Both the position numbers and the translations under genes were made by a program. Shown here piece after piece: positions 54,871 to 64,000 of a stretch of 64,000 nucleotides of DNA (positions within the stretch are counted from its first letter, which is position 1; every line of letters begins with the position of its first letter). Under the pieces are notes generated by a model. That model was not told the DNA's origin. It saw only the letters and a list, made by a program, of their open reading frames with translations, and searched no databases. The stretch covers positions 1,728,001 to 1,792,000 of the forward strand of contig CAWHFW010000005.1 of the NCBI GenBank assembly GCA_963828735.1, in the 5' to 3' direction. The stretch is from an uncultured Gemmatimonadales bacterium (GTDB taxonomy: Bacteria > Gemmatimonadota > Gemmatimonadetes > Gemmatimonadales > GWC2-71-9).

Positions 54871-55887
54871 ATGCCCGCCGCACGCTCGCCCGCCGCGTCC
54901 CCCGGCGCGACGCACGTCGCCGCCGCCCGGGTCCGGCGCTTCAACCGATTCTACACCCGCCGGCTCGGCCTGCTCGACGCGGGTCACCTCCGCACCCCGT
55001 TCACTCTCGCCGAGGTGCGGGTGCTGTACGAGGTGGCGCATCGCGACCGGCCGACGGCGGCCGCGATCGCGGAGGTACTCGGGCTCGACGCGGGCTACAT
55101 GAGCCGGCTTCTCCGCGCGCTTCGGCACGGGGGACTCCTCACCGCCCGGGTGGTTCCGCACGACCGACGGCAGCGGGTGCTGGCGCTCACCGCGCGGGGC
55201 CGCAAGACGTTCGCGACGCTCGATGCACGCGCGACCGCGGAGATGGCAGCCATGCTCGGGGACCTGTCGCGCCCGGAGCAGGCTCGCCTTCTGACGTCGC
55301 TCGAGGCGGTGCAATCCCTGTTGGACGAGGGCGACCCGACGCCGGCCGGAGCCCTTCCGATCGTCGCGCTGCGCGCTCCGGAGCCGGGCGATCTCGGGTG
55401 GGTCGTCCAGCGGCACGGTGAGCTGTATGCGGAGGAATACGGCTGGAACGAGGAGTTCGAGCGGCTGGTGGCCATCGTCGTCGGCGAGTTCGCCGCCGCC
55501 GAGCCCGGGCCGCGGCGCCGGTGCTGGATCGCGACGCTCGACGGGCGGCGGGCGGGCTGTGTCTTCCTCATGCCCGGAGACGAGGGCATCGGCCGGTTGC
55601 GGCTGCTGCTGGTCGAGCCTTGGGCGCGCGGCCACGGACTTGGCGCGCGCCTGGTGGATACCTGCATCCAGGCCGCGCGCCGCGCGGGTTGCCACACCCT
55701 CACGCTCTGGACCAACGACGTGCTGGACGCGGCGCGCCGGCTCTACGAGCGCGCGGGATTCCGGCTGGTGACGACCGACCATCACCGGAGCTTCGGCAAG
55801 GCGCTCACGGGTCAGACGTGGGACCTCGCCCTCCCTAGAACCGCTCGTGCTCCTCGAGCACGGCGAGGCTCCTCGACCCCAGCGTGA
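54871..55887 (+). CDS. Bifunctional MarR wHTH / GNAT acetyltransferase
   Basis: VRRFNRFYTR, LDAGYMSRLL, GDLGWVVQRHG, LRLLLVEPWARGHGLG, LWTNDVL. Confidence 0.9.
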   Translation: MPAARSPAASPGATHVAAARVRRFNRFYTRRLGLLDAGHLRTPFTLAEVRVLYEVAHRDRPTAAAIAEVLGLDAGYMSRLLRALRHGGLLTARVVPHDRRQRVLALTARGRKTFATLDARATAEMAAMLGDLSRPEQARLLTSLEAVQSLLDEGDPTPAGALPIVALRAPEPGDLGWVVQRHGELYAEEYGWNEEFERLVAIVVGEFAAAEPGPRRRCWIATLDGRRAGCVFLMPGDEGIGRLRLLLVEPWARGHGLGARLVDTCIQAARRAGCHTLTLWTNDVLDAARRLYERAGFRLVTTDHHRSFGKALTGQTWDLALPRTARAPRARRGSSTPA

Positions 55888-56188
55888 CGAGCGACTGGAA
55901 CACGCCCTTCACCCCGGTGGTGGAACCCTTGGGAGGCGGGGCCGCCGTCTCGGCGACGACCGTGAGGGTGCCGGTGTCGTCCTTCACCTGGTAGGCCCCC
56001 CGACCCAGGATGCCGGCCGACTCCCCGACCTGGCCTTTGATCCGCACCGTCTTGCCGTTGTACTTGGAGGAGTTCTGGAGCAGCTCGCCGATCGGCGTGA
56101 CGCTGGCGCAGGCGGCGAGCAGGACCACGGCGGCGGCAACGCACGTGTGAGACGCCGCGCGGCGGAACGTGCGAGCGGAGGGACGCAT
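55835..56188 (-). CDS. Small lipoprotein, OB-fold-like
   Basis: LLAAC lipobox; YNGKTVRIKGQV...YQVKDDTGTLTVV. Confidence 0.65.
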   Translation of the reverse strand: MRPSARTFRRAASHTCVAAAVVLLAACASVTPIGELLQNSSKYNGKTVRIKGQVGESAGILGRGAYQVKDDTGTLTVVAETAAPPPKGSTTGVKGVFQSLVTLGSRSLAVLEEHERF

Positions 56189-56287
56189 AGTCAGGGCTCC
56201 TGGTAACCGGTCAAGGCGCTGGACATCCGAGACGCCCGCCGAATGTAGTGCCCTGAGGTCCGGCTGCCAGCGAGCCGGATCACATGT

Positions 56288-56452
56288 GGGGCCACCGTGT
56301 TCACGCTGTTGCCGTTGTGGGAGCCGCTCCGCTACGCGCAGATCGGCGGCCTCGCCTTCGCGACCGAGATCACACTCATCCTGGTACCGGTGTTCCATTC
56401 GATCTCGGTGCTGGACCTCAAGATCGTGAAGTGGGTTCCGAGTCACCACTAG
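56288..56452 (+). pseudogene. Remnant of the C-terminus of an AcrB-family RND permease
   Basis: GATVFTLLPLWEPLRYAQIGGLAFATEITLILVPVFHSISVLDLKIVKW resembles the last RND helices (P-x5-IGGL-x2-AT-x2-TL-x2-VP); no upstream part of the gene. Confidence 0.6.
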
Positions 56453-56575
56453 TGGGCGACGGCGTGCGCATGACGATCCGGTGGAATCGCGCATTCAAGA
56501 ATGGGGGCGACCGTCATCGCGGCGGCAGGGCGTCCGCGGGCGGCGAGCGCTCCCCACTCTCGAAGGAGGAAGAAC

Positions 56576-57211
56576 ATGCGCGCGCCGGTGCCGCTCGCCG
56601 TGGCCGCAATGGTCATGGCGTTCACTGCTTGCTCCCCGGCCCCACAGCCGCAGACCGTCGTCGCCCCCGACGGCGGCCTGAGTGGCCTTCAGACGTTCCA
56701 GGTCGTCGACGCGTCCAATTTCCTGGGCGACGTCCAGCCCGGAGAAACCCGCCCCCCATTCGTCAATTCCACGACCAGCCGAGCCTTGGGGGCGACCATC
56801 ACCACCCAGCTCGAGCGCCGGGGCTACACCCCGAGCGAGGCCGCGCCGGATGTCCTGGTCAAGTACGGGGTGGCGGCCAAGGAAGACCTCGATCCGAGCG
56901 ACGGGAACTATGACTATCTCTGGCGCACGGCCGACTGGCGCGACTGGGGGCCGGGACAAAATGACGCCACGCCCGAGGAGTACGCCGAGGGCGCGGTGGT
57001 GATCGACGTCATCGACACGCACACCGGACAACTCCTGTGGCGGGGGCACGCGCCGGCTGACCCGTCGGGTGACGAAAACGTCGCGGTCAGGCGGCTGGAT
57101 CGAACGGTCACCTCGATCCTCGGCCGGTTCCCGGAGCGGACAGTCGCCCTCGGCCCGGCCGCGGATTCTTCCCGCGCGTCCCGATCGGGGCATCGCGCGA
57201 TTCAGGGCTGA
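56576..57211 (+). CDS. DUF4136 lipoprotein
   Basis: FTAC lipobox; YAEGAVVIDVIDTHTGQLLWRG...ILGRFP. Confidence 0.8.
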   Translation: MRAPVPLAVAAMVMAFTACSPAPQPQTVVAPDGGLSGLQTFQVVDASNFLGDVQPGETRPPFVNSTTSRALGATITTQLERRGYTPSEAAPDVLVKYGVAAKEDLDPSDGNYDYLWRTADWRDWGPGQNDATPEEYAEGAVVIDVIDTHTGQLLWRGHAPADPSGDENVAVRRLDRTVTSILGRFPERTVALGPAADSSRASRSGHRAIQG

Positions 57212-57241
57212 CGGGCGATCGACAAGTCACTCGAGCACAAA

Positions 57242-57275
57242 CGAAGGGGCATGCGCGCAACGCATGCCCCCTTCG
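57242..57275. terminator. Hairpin between convergent genes
   Basis: CGAAGGGGCATGCG-cgcaa-CGCATGCCCCcTTCG. Confidence 0.5.
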
Positions 57276-57370
57276 GTGTGCCAAGGTGACTCATGGCGCG
57301 GAACTCCCGGGGATCTTCTCGCTTGCCCCGACAGTCCCGCCGTACGGCTACACCGTGGGCGCCACGGCGC

Positions 57371-57775
57371 TCAGCCTCTCGTCCCGCCTGCGCGCATCGC
57401 CCGTTCGATCGCGGCGAGCAGCTCGTCACCGTCGATCGGTTTGGGCAAGAACTCGGTCACGCCCGCGGCGACGTAACGGGCGCGCGCCTCGGCCGAGTCG
57501 TCCGCGGTCACCACCACGGTCGGAATTCGGAGGGATCGCGCGGCGAGAACGCGCTGCATCTCGAACCCGGTCATACCCGGCATCTGGGTATCGAGGACCA
57601 GGCAGTCGGGCAGTGTCCCGCCCCCGTCGATCGCGTCGATGAATTCGTGGCCTGAGCTGTGGACCGTCGCCCGCATGCCAAGCGCGGCGCAGAGCCGGCC
57701 CAGGCCCACACGAACGGGGCCGTCGTCGTCGATGATGGCGAGCCAGAGGCCTGTCTTGGGTACGTCGACGCTCAT
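57371..57775 (-). CDS. Single-domain response regulator
   Basis: AIIDDD, CLVLDTQMPGMTG, FLPKP. Confidence 0.88.
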   Translation of the reverse strand: MSVDVPKTGLWLAIIDDDGPVRVGLGRLCAALGMRATVHSSGHEFIDAIDGGGTLPDCLVLDTQMPGMTGFEMQRVLAARSLRIPTVVVTADDSAEARARYVAAGVTEFLPKPIDGDELLAAIERAMRAGGTRG

Positions 57776-59829
57776 GCGTGGGCCCTCGTGGGAGAGATGT
57801 CATAGACGCCGCCGATCAACTCGGGGCGAGGCATTCCGATCGCCTCCAGCGGCGCCGCCGCGAGGAGGCAATGCACCGTCGCCCCACGGGCGGGGTTGTT
57901 CTCGGCCCAGAGACGGCCGCCGTGCGCAGCCACGATGGTCCTCGAGATCGAGAGCCCGAGGCCAAGCCCCTCGGCCTTGGTCGTGACGAACGGCTCGAAC
58001 AGGCGGCCGATCACTGTGTCCGGGATGCCCGTTCCGCAATCGCGGATGGAAAAGTGCACGTAGTCCCCGGGGGCGGTCGCCACCGTGAGAGTTAGCGCCC
58101 GATCGGCATCGGATGCGGCGCTCATGGCCTCGCACGCGTTGAGAATGAGGTTGAGCAGCACCTGCTGCAGCTGGACCCGGTCGCCCAGCACCGGCGGGAG
58201 GTCGGGCTCGACCAAGGTGGTGGCGGTCACGCGTCGGACGATCAGCTCGGCGTGGGCCAGCTCCAGCACGTCCCGTATGAGCTCGCCCGGATCCAGCTGC
58301 TGAAGCCGCGTCTCGCCCCGCTTGAGCAGGGCGCGAAGGCGATCGATCACCTGGCCGGCGCGGCGGTCCTCGCTCACGATGTCCTGCAGAATAGCACCAA
58401 GCTCGGCGGGATCCACCGCCTGGCGGCGGACCAGGTGGCTGGCGGTCTGCGCGTTGCTCAGGATGGACGTCAGGGGCTGGCTGAGCTCGTGCGCGAGCGC
58501 GCCGGACAGCTGGCCCAGGACGCTGACGCGCGCCAGGTGCGACAGCGCCCGCCGCTGCTCCTCGATCTCGAGGCGCGACTGGCGGAGCGCGGTCACGTTG
58601 GCCCGTGTGACGACGGCGCCGCCGGCGGGCCGCTCGAGCGCCTCGGCGCTCAGGGTGTACCACTCCTCCCGACCGCCGTAGTCGCGATCGTACTCCAGCT
58701 CGAACCGGCGCTGCACGCGGCCCAGCACGCTCTCGATGCCGGCGAGCGTGCGGGTCGCGATGGCGTCGCCGCCGTGCGCGGCGAGCCCGCACGCGGCCAG
58801 GTAGTCGTCACCCGCGCCCGCGCGCTCCCACTGGTCCGCGTCGGGCGTGTCGGCAAATCGCCGCCACGAGTCGTTGACCTCGAGCACGATGCCACGCGCA
58901 TCGAGAATGGCGACGTGATCGTGGAGCGACAGGAGCAGCGCCCGATAGAGCTGCACGGCGCCCTGGCGGGCGCTCGCGACGGCGGCCAGGCAAAGGACCG
59001 GCAGCGTCGTCAGCAGCACGAAGACCTGCAGGGCCAGCACGTTTGCGTCGGGCGACGATACCACGAGCGGGTTGGTGCCGCGGTCGGCGCCCAGAATGGC
59101 GGAGGTCGCTACCGTCGTCAGGGCGAGGGCCGCCCCGCCGGGCCCGAAGCGGAGGGCGGCCCAGATCAACACGGGAAGCGGCGCGTAGGCGGTGACGGCG
59201 GGATTCCAGCGGCCGGAGCTCGGCAGCAGAAACGCGGCCGTGCAGGTGACGACGAGCGCGCTGGCCAGAATCCCGGCCTCCACGGCACGCCGCCGGCTCA
59301 CCAGGCGACGACGCCACTTCGCGCCACCCAGGAGCGCCGCCGTGAACACCGGCAGCAAGGTCAGGCCCGTCAGCGCGTTGGACACGAACCACTCGGTCCA
59401 CGCGCGCCAGTACCTTGGCGACGTGTCGTGCAGCAGGACGTTGGTGGCGCCGATCGTCGCCGCGACCGCCGGCGCGACGAGGACGGCGGGCACCACGAAC
59501 ATCAGGAGCGCGGGGATGCTGTCGAGGCGCGGCAGCCCTCGGAACAGCCACTGCAGGAGCAGTGCTGCCACGAGCGCGCGCACCGTGTTCGCCAGGTCCG
59601 CGAGCAGCACCCAGGAGAGACTCCACTGCGACAGGCTCGCGAGAGCATGAGTGAAGCCGCCGAGGAGGATGTACCACACCCAGTCGCGCCGTGGGGTGGC
59701 GAGGAGGGCGGCTGTGAGGATCGCGTAGGGCGGGAAGAACACCGCGGAACCCATCTCCGGGTACCGCAGCAGGGAGCCGACTTCGTTGCCGAGAAAGGCG
59801 AGCGGGGTGAACAGCAGGAGTCCCGGCAC
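57772..59829 (-). CDS. MASE1-PAS sensor histidine kinase (FixL-like transmitter)
   Basis: MASE1 TM region; ALAHELSQPL, QQVLLNLILNA, FEPFVTTK, GLGLGL. Start uncertain. Confidence 0.88.
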   Translation of the reverse strand: MPGLLLFTPLAFLGNEVGSLLRYPEMGSAVFFPPYAILTAALLATPRRDWVWYILLGGFTHALASLSQWSLSWVLLADLANTVRALVAALLLQWLFRGLPRLDSIPALLMFVVPAVLVAPAVAATIGATNVLLHDTSPRYWRAWTEWFVSNALTGLTLLPVFTAALLGGAKWRRRLVSRRRAVEAGILASALVVTCTAAFLLPSSGRWNPAVTAYAPLPVLIWAALRFGPGGAALALTTVATSAILGADRGTNPLVVSSPDANVLALQVFVLLTTLPVLCLAAVASARQGAVQLYRALLLSLHDHVAILDARGIVLEVNDSWRRFADTPDADQWERAGAGDDYLAACGLAAHGGDAIATRTLAGIESVLGRVQRRFELEYDRDYGGREEWYTLSAEALERPAGGAVVTRANVTALRQSRLEIEEQRRALSHLARVSVLGQLSGALAHELSQPLTSILSNAQTASHLVRRQAVDPAELGAILQDIVSEDRRAGQVIDRLRALLKRGETRLQQLDPGELIRDVLELAHAELIVRRVTATTLVEPDLPPVLGDRVQLQQVLLNLILNACEAMSAASDADRALTLTVATAPGDYVHFSIRDCGTGIPDTVIGRLFEPFVTTKAEGLGLGLSISRTIVAAHGGRLWAENNPARGATVHCLLAAAPLEAIGMPRPELIGGVYDISPTRAHA

Positions 59830-60047
59830 GAGCGGGAACCCCGCTCGTGCCGACCTCCGGCAGCGAACTTCCGCGCACTTCGGTCACTCGATTCCGTCTT
59901 GAGGCGTCCGATGCACCTGGCCTACCCGGGACCGGCTACAGCTAATGTACCGGCCGGGAACGCCCGGGACTAGAGAAGGGTCGTTGGGTCCCGGGGCCAG
60001 GTTGTCGGGTTGCTCGCCCGAACGCAGGGCGGGCCCGAGGGGACGCC

Positions 60048-60539
60048 TCATGTATGAGGCCCGCCCGACCAAAGGCGCCTCGCGAGCATGCCGGCGCGCT
60101 CCACGAATCCGTGCCGCTCGTACAGCGGTCGGCTCCGCGGCGTCGGCCAGAGGAACACCGTGTCGATGTCGCGCGCGGCGCACCCGGTCAGCGCCGCCTC
60201 GAGTAGCGCCGACCCGACGCCGCGATTCCGCGCGGACGCTCGCACGTAGAAGCCGGTCATGTACGCGTGATGCTCGGGCTCGCCGGTCGGATTCGGCAGC
60301 TTTTCGAGGAACTGCACCCAGACGACCCCCAGCGGCACGCCCCCGGCATCTTCGGCGAGCCAGCAGCGCCATACGTCCGACCGCGGCAGGCGGGCAGCCA
60401 TCCACTCGGCGCACCGTTCGTGGAACCCGGATTCGGGACGCACCTCCGGCACGACGGCGGTGCGGAGCTCGTAGCGCAGCTCGGCGAGGGCGGGCGCATC
60501 CGTGGGGATGGCCGGACGGATCCGCGGCGAGTCGGTCAC
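60048..60539 (-). CDS. GNAT acetyltransferase
   Basis: IRPA, FYVRASARNRGVGSALL, RPLYERHGF. Confidence 0.85.
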   Translation of the reverse strand: MTDSPRIRPAIPTDAPALAELRYELRTAVVPEVRPESGFHERCAEWMAARLPRSDVWRCWLAEDAGGVPLGVVWVQFLEKLPNPTGEPEHHAYMTGFYVRASARNRGVGSALLEAALTGCAARDIDTVFLWPTPRSRPLYERHGFVERAGMLARRLWSGGPHT

Positions 60540-60959
60540 GAGGACAGCCGCAGCACCATGTCGAGCTGCACGGCTGCGCCGAATGGGAGGTGCGCGGTCA
60601 GCAGGTGGCCGTCGGGATTCACCGGAGATCCTCCGCGGGGTGCCAGGGGAAGGGAGGGCCGCAGGGGAACCGGTGTCAAGGCCGCGGTTGAAGTGAAGCG
60701 AATCGCGCTGATGCAGCCGAATGCGCAGGACGATTCGGGCCCTCCCCCTTGTAACGATTCAGGCCTCGCCGGATGTGTGCGAGCCGCTGCACCCGGGGCC
60801 CCGCAAGCGAGGTGCGTGCACGCGCAACCGAGACTTGCAGGGTGGCACGAGAATGCATCTCGGCGCCCACTGTCGCTTTTCGCGTCGCGATCAGTTTTCT
60901 CACACTTGAGGGCCTGCCGGGTGGGGACGATCCTGTTGGCGTCTTCAACGGGAGAGCCA

Positions 60960-61847
60960 TTGCCGTTCGCGCCTGGCCGTCGCCATTTGACCGCTCCGCT
61001 CGCCGTGCTCACGCTCGCTGGCCTCGGGTGCGCGGGAGCGCCTGGCAGCGGGGTTTCGCTGCCGATGCCGCTGTTCTATCCGGCCTACGCATCCGCGGGG
61101 GCCGTTGCGTCTCCACGCGACACGGTCCATGCCGCGACTGCGGTCGCGCTGAAATCGGGGGCGAGCGCGGGGCAGAACTCCGCCCCGGCAGGCAAGCCGT
61201 CCCCCCGCAAGGGTCCCACGGCCAAGGCGCCAATCGGCAAAGGTCCCGCGGCCAAGGCGCCCGTCGCCAAGGGCCCCGCGGCCAAGCCGCGGGCGGGTAA
61301 GCCTCAACCTCGCCAGGCGGCCCCGCGCGTCCTCGTGGACAGCACCGCGCTCGAGTTCGCGGTGACCGCTCGGCTCGCGCACGAGCCGCTCACGCGCGCC
61401 ATCGCGCGGCGCACGCGGAACTCCGTGCTCGCCGAGCGTGCGGCCTGGGCGGTGACGCGGGAAGCGGGACGGCTGCGCATGAGCCCGAGTCTGCTGGCCG
61501 CGGTGCTGCTGGTGGAGAATCGGCAGCTCGACTCCGCGGCGGTGAGCAGCCAGGGCGCGATCGGATTGATGCAGGTGATGCCGATCCACGCCGGCAGCTA
61601 CGGCTGCGAATCGGCGGACCTCCTGACCGTGGACGCCAACATCTGCCACGGCGCGCGGATCCTGCATCTCTATCTCGTACGCAGTCGCTCGGTGACCGTC
61701 GCCCTCCGCCGGTACAACGGCTGCGTGCGCGGTGCCAATACGCCGCGCTGCTACCGCTATCCCGTGCGGGTGCTCCAGACCGCGGCACGGCTCCGCCGCG
61801 ACATCCTGGCCAGCGCCGCCCCCGCGGACCGTCGGGTGCGGATGTAG
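60960..61847 (+). CDS. Lipoprotein lytic transglycosylase (SLT domain)
   Basis: GGAG RBS before TTG 60960; LAGLGC lipobox; LLAAVLLVEN, AVSSQGAIGLMQVMP, NICHGARIL, ALRRYNG. Confidence 0.85.
   Translation: MPFAPGRRHLTAPLAVLTLAGLGCAGAPGSGVSLPMPLFYPAYASAGAVASPRDTVHAATAVALKSGASAGQNSAPAGKPSPRKGPTAKAPIGKGPAAKAPVAKGPAAKPRAGKPQPRQAAPRVLVDSTALEFAVTARLAHEPLTRAIARRTRNSVLAERAAWAVTREAGRLRMSPSLLAAVLLVENRQLDSAAVSSQGAIGLMQVMPIHAGSYGCESADLLTVDANICHGARILHLYLVRSRSVTVALRRYNGCVRGANTPRCYRYPVRVLQTAARLRRDILASAAPADRRVRM
61209..61298 (+). repeat. Three 30-bp coding tandem repeats
   Basis: KGPTAKAPIG / KGPAAKAPVA / KGPAAKPRAG. Confidence 0.85.
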
Positions 61848-61857
61848 CGAGCGCCCG

Positions 61858-63696
61858 TCAGGGGCTCGCGGGCACGACCGTCACCTCGATACGAGAAGGA
61901 TGTTCCGCGGTGTGCCACACGCGGTGCGTCTCGGCGTGGAAGTCCGTCGCCTTCGCCTTGAAGATGTTCGGCACCCAGGTCTGCGGATTCCGGTCGTACA
62001 GCGGGAACCAGGTGCTCTGCACCTGCACCATCAGCTTGTGGCCGCGCTTGAAGGTGTAGGCTTGCTGGTGCAGGTCCACCGTGAAGTCGAGCGGCGTGTT
62101 CGGCGCGAGCGGGGCCGGGGCGCTGAAGCTCTTCCGGTAGCGGCCGCGCATGATCTCGTGCGCCACCATGAGCTCGTAGCCGCCGAGCTTCCAGTCGTCG
62201 GGCACGCTATCCGGAAGGACGTCGATCAGCTTCACCACCCAGTCGGCGTCCTGGCCGGTGGTGGAGGCCACGAGCCGTGCCGTCACGTCGCCGGCGATCG
62301 TCAGGTCCTCGCCCAGCGGCTCCGACACCCAGGTCAGGACGTCGGGCCGCCCGTCCACGAACCGCTGGTCCTCCGTCTCCCACACCCTCCAGCGCGAGCC
62401 CCGGGAGTCGTAGGTCTGCTCGACCGGCCGCGGCCGATAGGGCACCGGGTCCGCCGGGTCGGAGACGTACTGGTCGTAGGCTCGTTCGCCCGCGGCGGGC
62501 GGGTCGAACGAGACCTTCCTACCGGCCCGCAGGTAGATGCTGCGTCGCGCGCGGCCCTTCGGGGGCCAGGCATCGAACGAGCGCCACTGCCTCGCGCCCG
62601 AGTCGTAGAGATAGGCGTCGGGCACCGAGAGCGTACCCTTGTCCTTGAGCCAGTAGGCGAACCACGGCGCCTCGACATCACGCAGGTAGCCTTCGGACGT
62701 GCCCGGATCCACCACGGCCATCCGCCTCGGCTCGCCGCGGCGCCAGCCGCCGTGGTTCCAGGGTCCCATCACGAGCGCGTTCCGGTCGCTGGAGTCGCCG
62801 CGCTCGAGCGCCCGGTACGTGGCGAGCGGCCCGAAGCGATCCTCCTGATCCCACCATCCGCCCACCGTCAGCGTCGGAACCGCGGGGGCGGTCAGCCTGC
62901 GCTGGACGGCCCGCGCCTGCCAGAACGCGTCGTACGCGGGGTGCGCGACGAATGCGGACCAGGTCGGGTTCTTCCCCTGGAAGTACTTCGCGTCCACGCC
63001 CGCGAGCGATCCGAGCCGGCGGTACCAGTCGTAAGTATCCCAGGTATCGATCGGGAGCGGGACCGACATGTCCTTGCTCAGCTCGAGCGAGGCGCTGTAC
63101 TCGAAGCCGTACGACAGCCGGAACGCGCCCTGGTGGAAGAAGTCGTCGCCCATCCACGTGTCGGTCATCGGCGCCTGCGGAGAGATGGCCTTCATCGCGG
63201 GGTGCGGATTGATCCCGGCCATGGTCGCGAGGAACCCGGGATAGGAGACGCCGAGGGCGCCGACCCGCCCATTGTTGTTCGGAACGTTCTTGAGCAGCCA
63301 CTCGACCGTGTCGTAGGTGTCGGTGGTCTCGTCCACGCCGGCCGAATCGCGGGGATCGTGCAGCGGGCGGTTCATGAGGAACTGCCCTTCGCTGCCGAAT
63401 CGGCCGCGGATGTCCTGGGACACGAAGATGTAACCCTCGGCCGCGAGGAAGCGGTAGTCGTTGCCCACGACGGTGTCGCCGGCGATGCCGTAGGGCGTCC
63501 GCGTGAGGAGCAAGGGCAACTTGTCCGACGTGTTCCCGGGCGCGCAGACGCTGGTATGGAGGTGAACGCCGTCTCGAACGGGGATCTCCACGAACCGGCA
63601 GGCATAGGCGGAAATCGGAAGCGCCTGCGCCGTGGCGAGGGACGGGGATGTCGCGACGACGAGGAGCGCCAGGGGGACACGACGGATTCGGATCAT
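61858..63696 (-). CDS. CocE/NonD family hydrolase (alpha-amino acid ester hydrolase-like), secreted
   Basis: RTPYG, QDIRGRFGSEG, GVSYPG nucleophile, GDDFFHQGAF, GPWNHGGW, STWFPLYDRNPQ. Confidence 0.93.
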   Translation of the reverse strand: MIRIRRVPLALLVVATSPSLATAQALPISAYACRFVEIPVRDGVHLHTSVCAPGNTSDKLPLLLTRTPYGIAGDTVVGNDYRFLAAEGYIFVSQDIRGRFGSEGQFLMNRPLHDPRDSAGVDETTDTYDTVEWLLKNVPNNNGRVGALGVSYPGFLATMAGINPHPAMKAISPQAPMTDTWMGDDFFHQGAFRLSYGFEYSASLELSKDMSVPLPIDTWDTYDWYRRLGSLAGVDAKYFQGKNPTWSAFVAHPAYDAFWQARAVQRRLTAPAVPTLTVGGWWDQEDRFGPLATYRALERGDSSDRNALVMGPWNHGGWRRGEPRRMAVVDPGTSEGYLRDVEAPWFAYWLKDKGTLSVPDAYLYDSGARQWRSFDAWPPKGRARRSIYLRAGRKVSFDPPAAGERAYDQYVSDPADPVPYRPRPVEQTYDSRGSRWRVWETEDQRFVDGRPDVLTWVSEPLGEDLTIAGDVTARLVASTTGQDADWVVKLIDVLPDSVPDDWKLGGYELMVAHEIMRGRYRKSFSAPAPLAPNTPLDFTVDLHQQAYTFKRGHKLMVQVQSTWFPLYDRNPQTWVPNIFKAKATDFHAETHRVWHTAEHPSRIEVTVVPASP

Positions 63697-63796
63697 GAGG
63701 CTCGGCCGGAGAGGGTGGGCCCGCCGAGGGGGCGGGCCCGATGAAGATAGTCTGAGCCCATGTCGGGGTCACTTCGCGAACACGAGCTCCCCGTCC

Positions 63797-64000
63797 TCAA
63801 TTCGCCGAACGGGCACTCGATCGCTCCCAGTTGACGAACAGGAAGCCACCCGGGGCGTCGAACTTCGGCTGCCCGGGACCCGGAGTGATCTGGAGCTGCA
63901 GCTCGTCGATCGGGTTCCTGGAGCAGTCCCAGCACGCCAAGGCGTAGTCCGAGGCTCGCCGGGTGTGAGAGAGCAGCATCACGTGCACGTAGGCGCTGTC
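63797..64000 (-). CDS. 3' end of an unidentified gene entering from outside the window
   Basis: Frame open from the window end: DSAYVHVMLLSHTRRASDYALACWDC...; no recognisable motif. Confidence 0.4.
   Translation of the reverse strand, partial: DSAYVHVMLLSHTRRASDYALACWDCSRNPIDELQLQITPGPGQPKFDAPGGFLFVNWERSSARSAN

Noticed and set aside
63770..63830. Frameshifted ending (DRVPVRRIEDGELVFAK*) of the terminal partial gene
   Set aside because: The gene is unidentified and truncated, so the true frame cannot be determined.

Overview
GC-rich bacterial chromosomal segment, most likely Gemmatimonadota. This is inferred from the clade II lipoprotein NosZ and the LxxALADRYRxERELGxGGMATVYLA-type Ser/Thr kinases. 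No rRNA, tRNA, CRISPR array, transposase or integrase was seen. Region 1-18.8 kb is a low-oxygen/stress island: Tat two-domain multicopper oxidase, small membrane proteins, Zn-alcohol dehydrogenase, CBS protein, Hsp20, two USPs, two paralogous helical unknowns, a P1B-5-type ATPase, an OmpR-family regulator, a DosS-like GAF histidine kinase, an Rrf2 regulator and a compact clade II nosZBDFY cluster. Eight promoters in this island, including that of nosZ, share a strictly spaced TTCA-N7-TTCA-N7-TTCA-N12-TAnnnT cassette, which points to an apparently undescribed two-component regulon. Region 22-26.3 kb is a cysH-cysI-(cbiX-cobA) operon preceded by a canonical sigma70 promoter, a leaderless 35-aa leader ORF containing Met-Ala-Cys-Cys-Cys-Met and an intrinsic terminator, i.e. 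a candidate cysteine-sensing attenuator missed by the ORF track. The remainder holds TPP riboswitch-thiC, a NagB-deacetylase fusion, two Ser/Thr kinases, a SARP-type regulator, ECF42/YciI, ArsR/SRPBCC, MarR and GNAT modules, MASE1 kinases, hydrolases and several eroded gene remnants. All assignments come from reading motifs by eye; no database searches were run.
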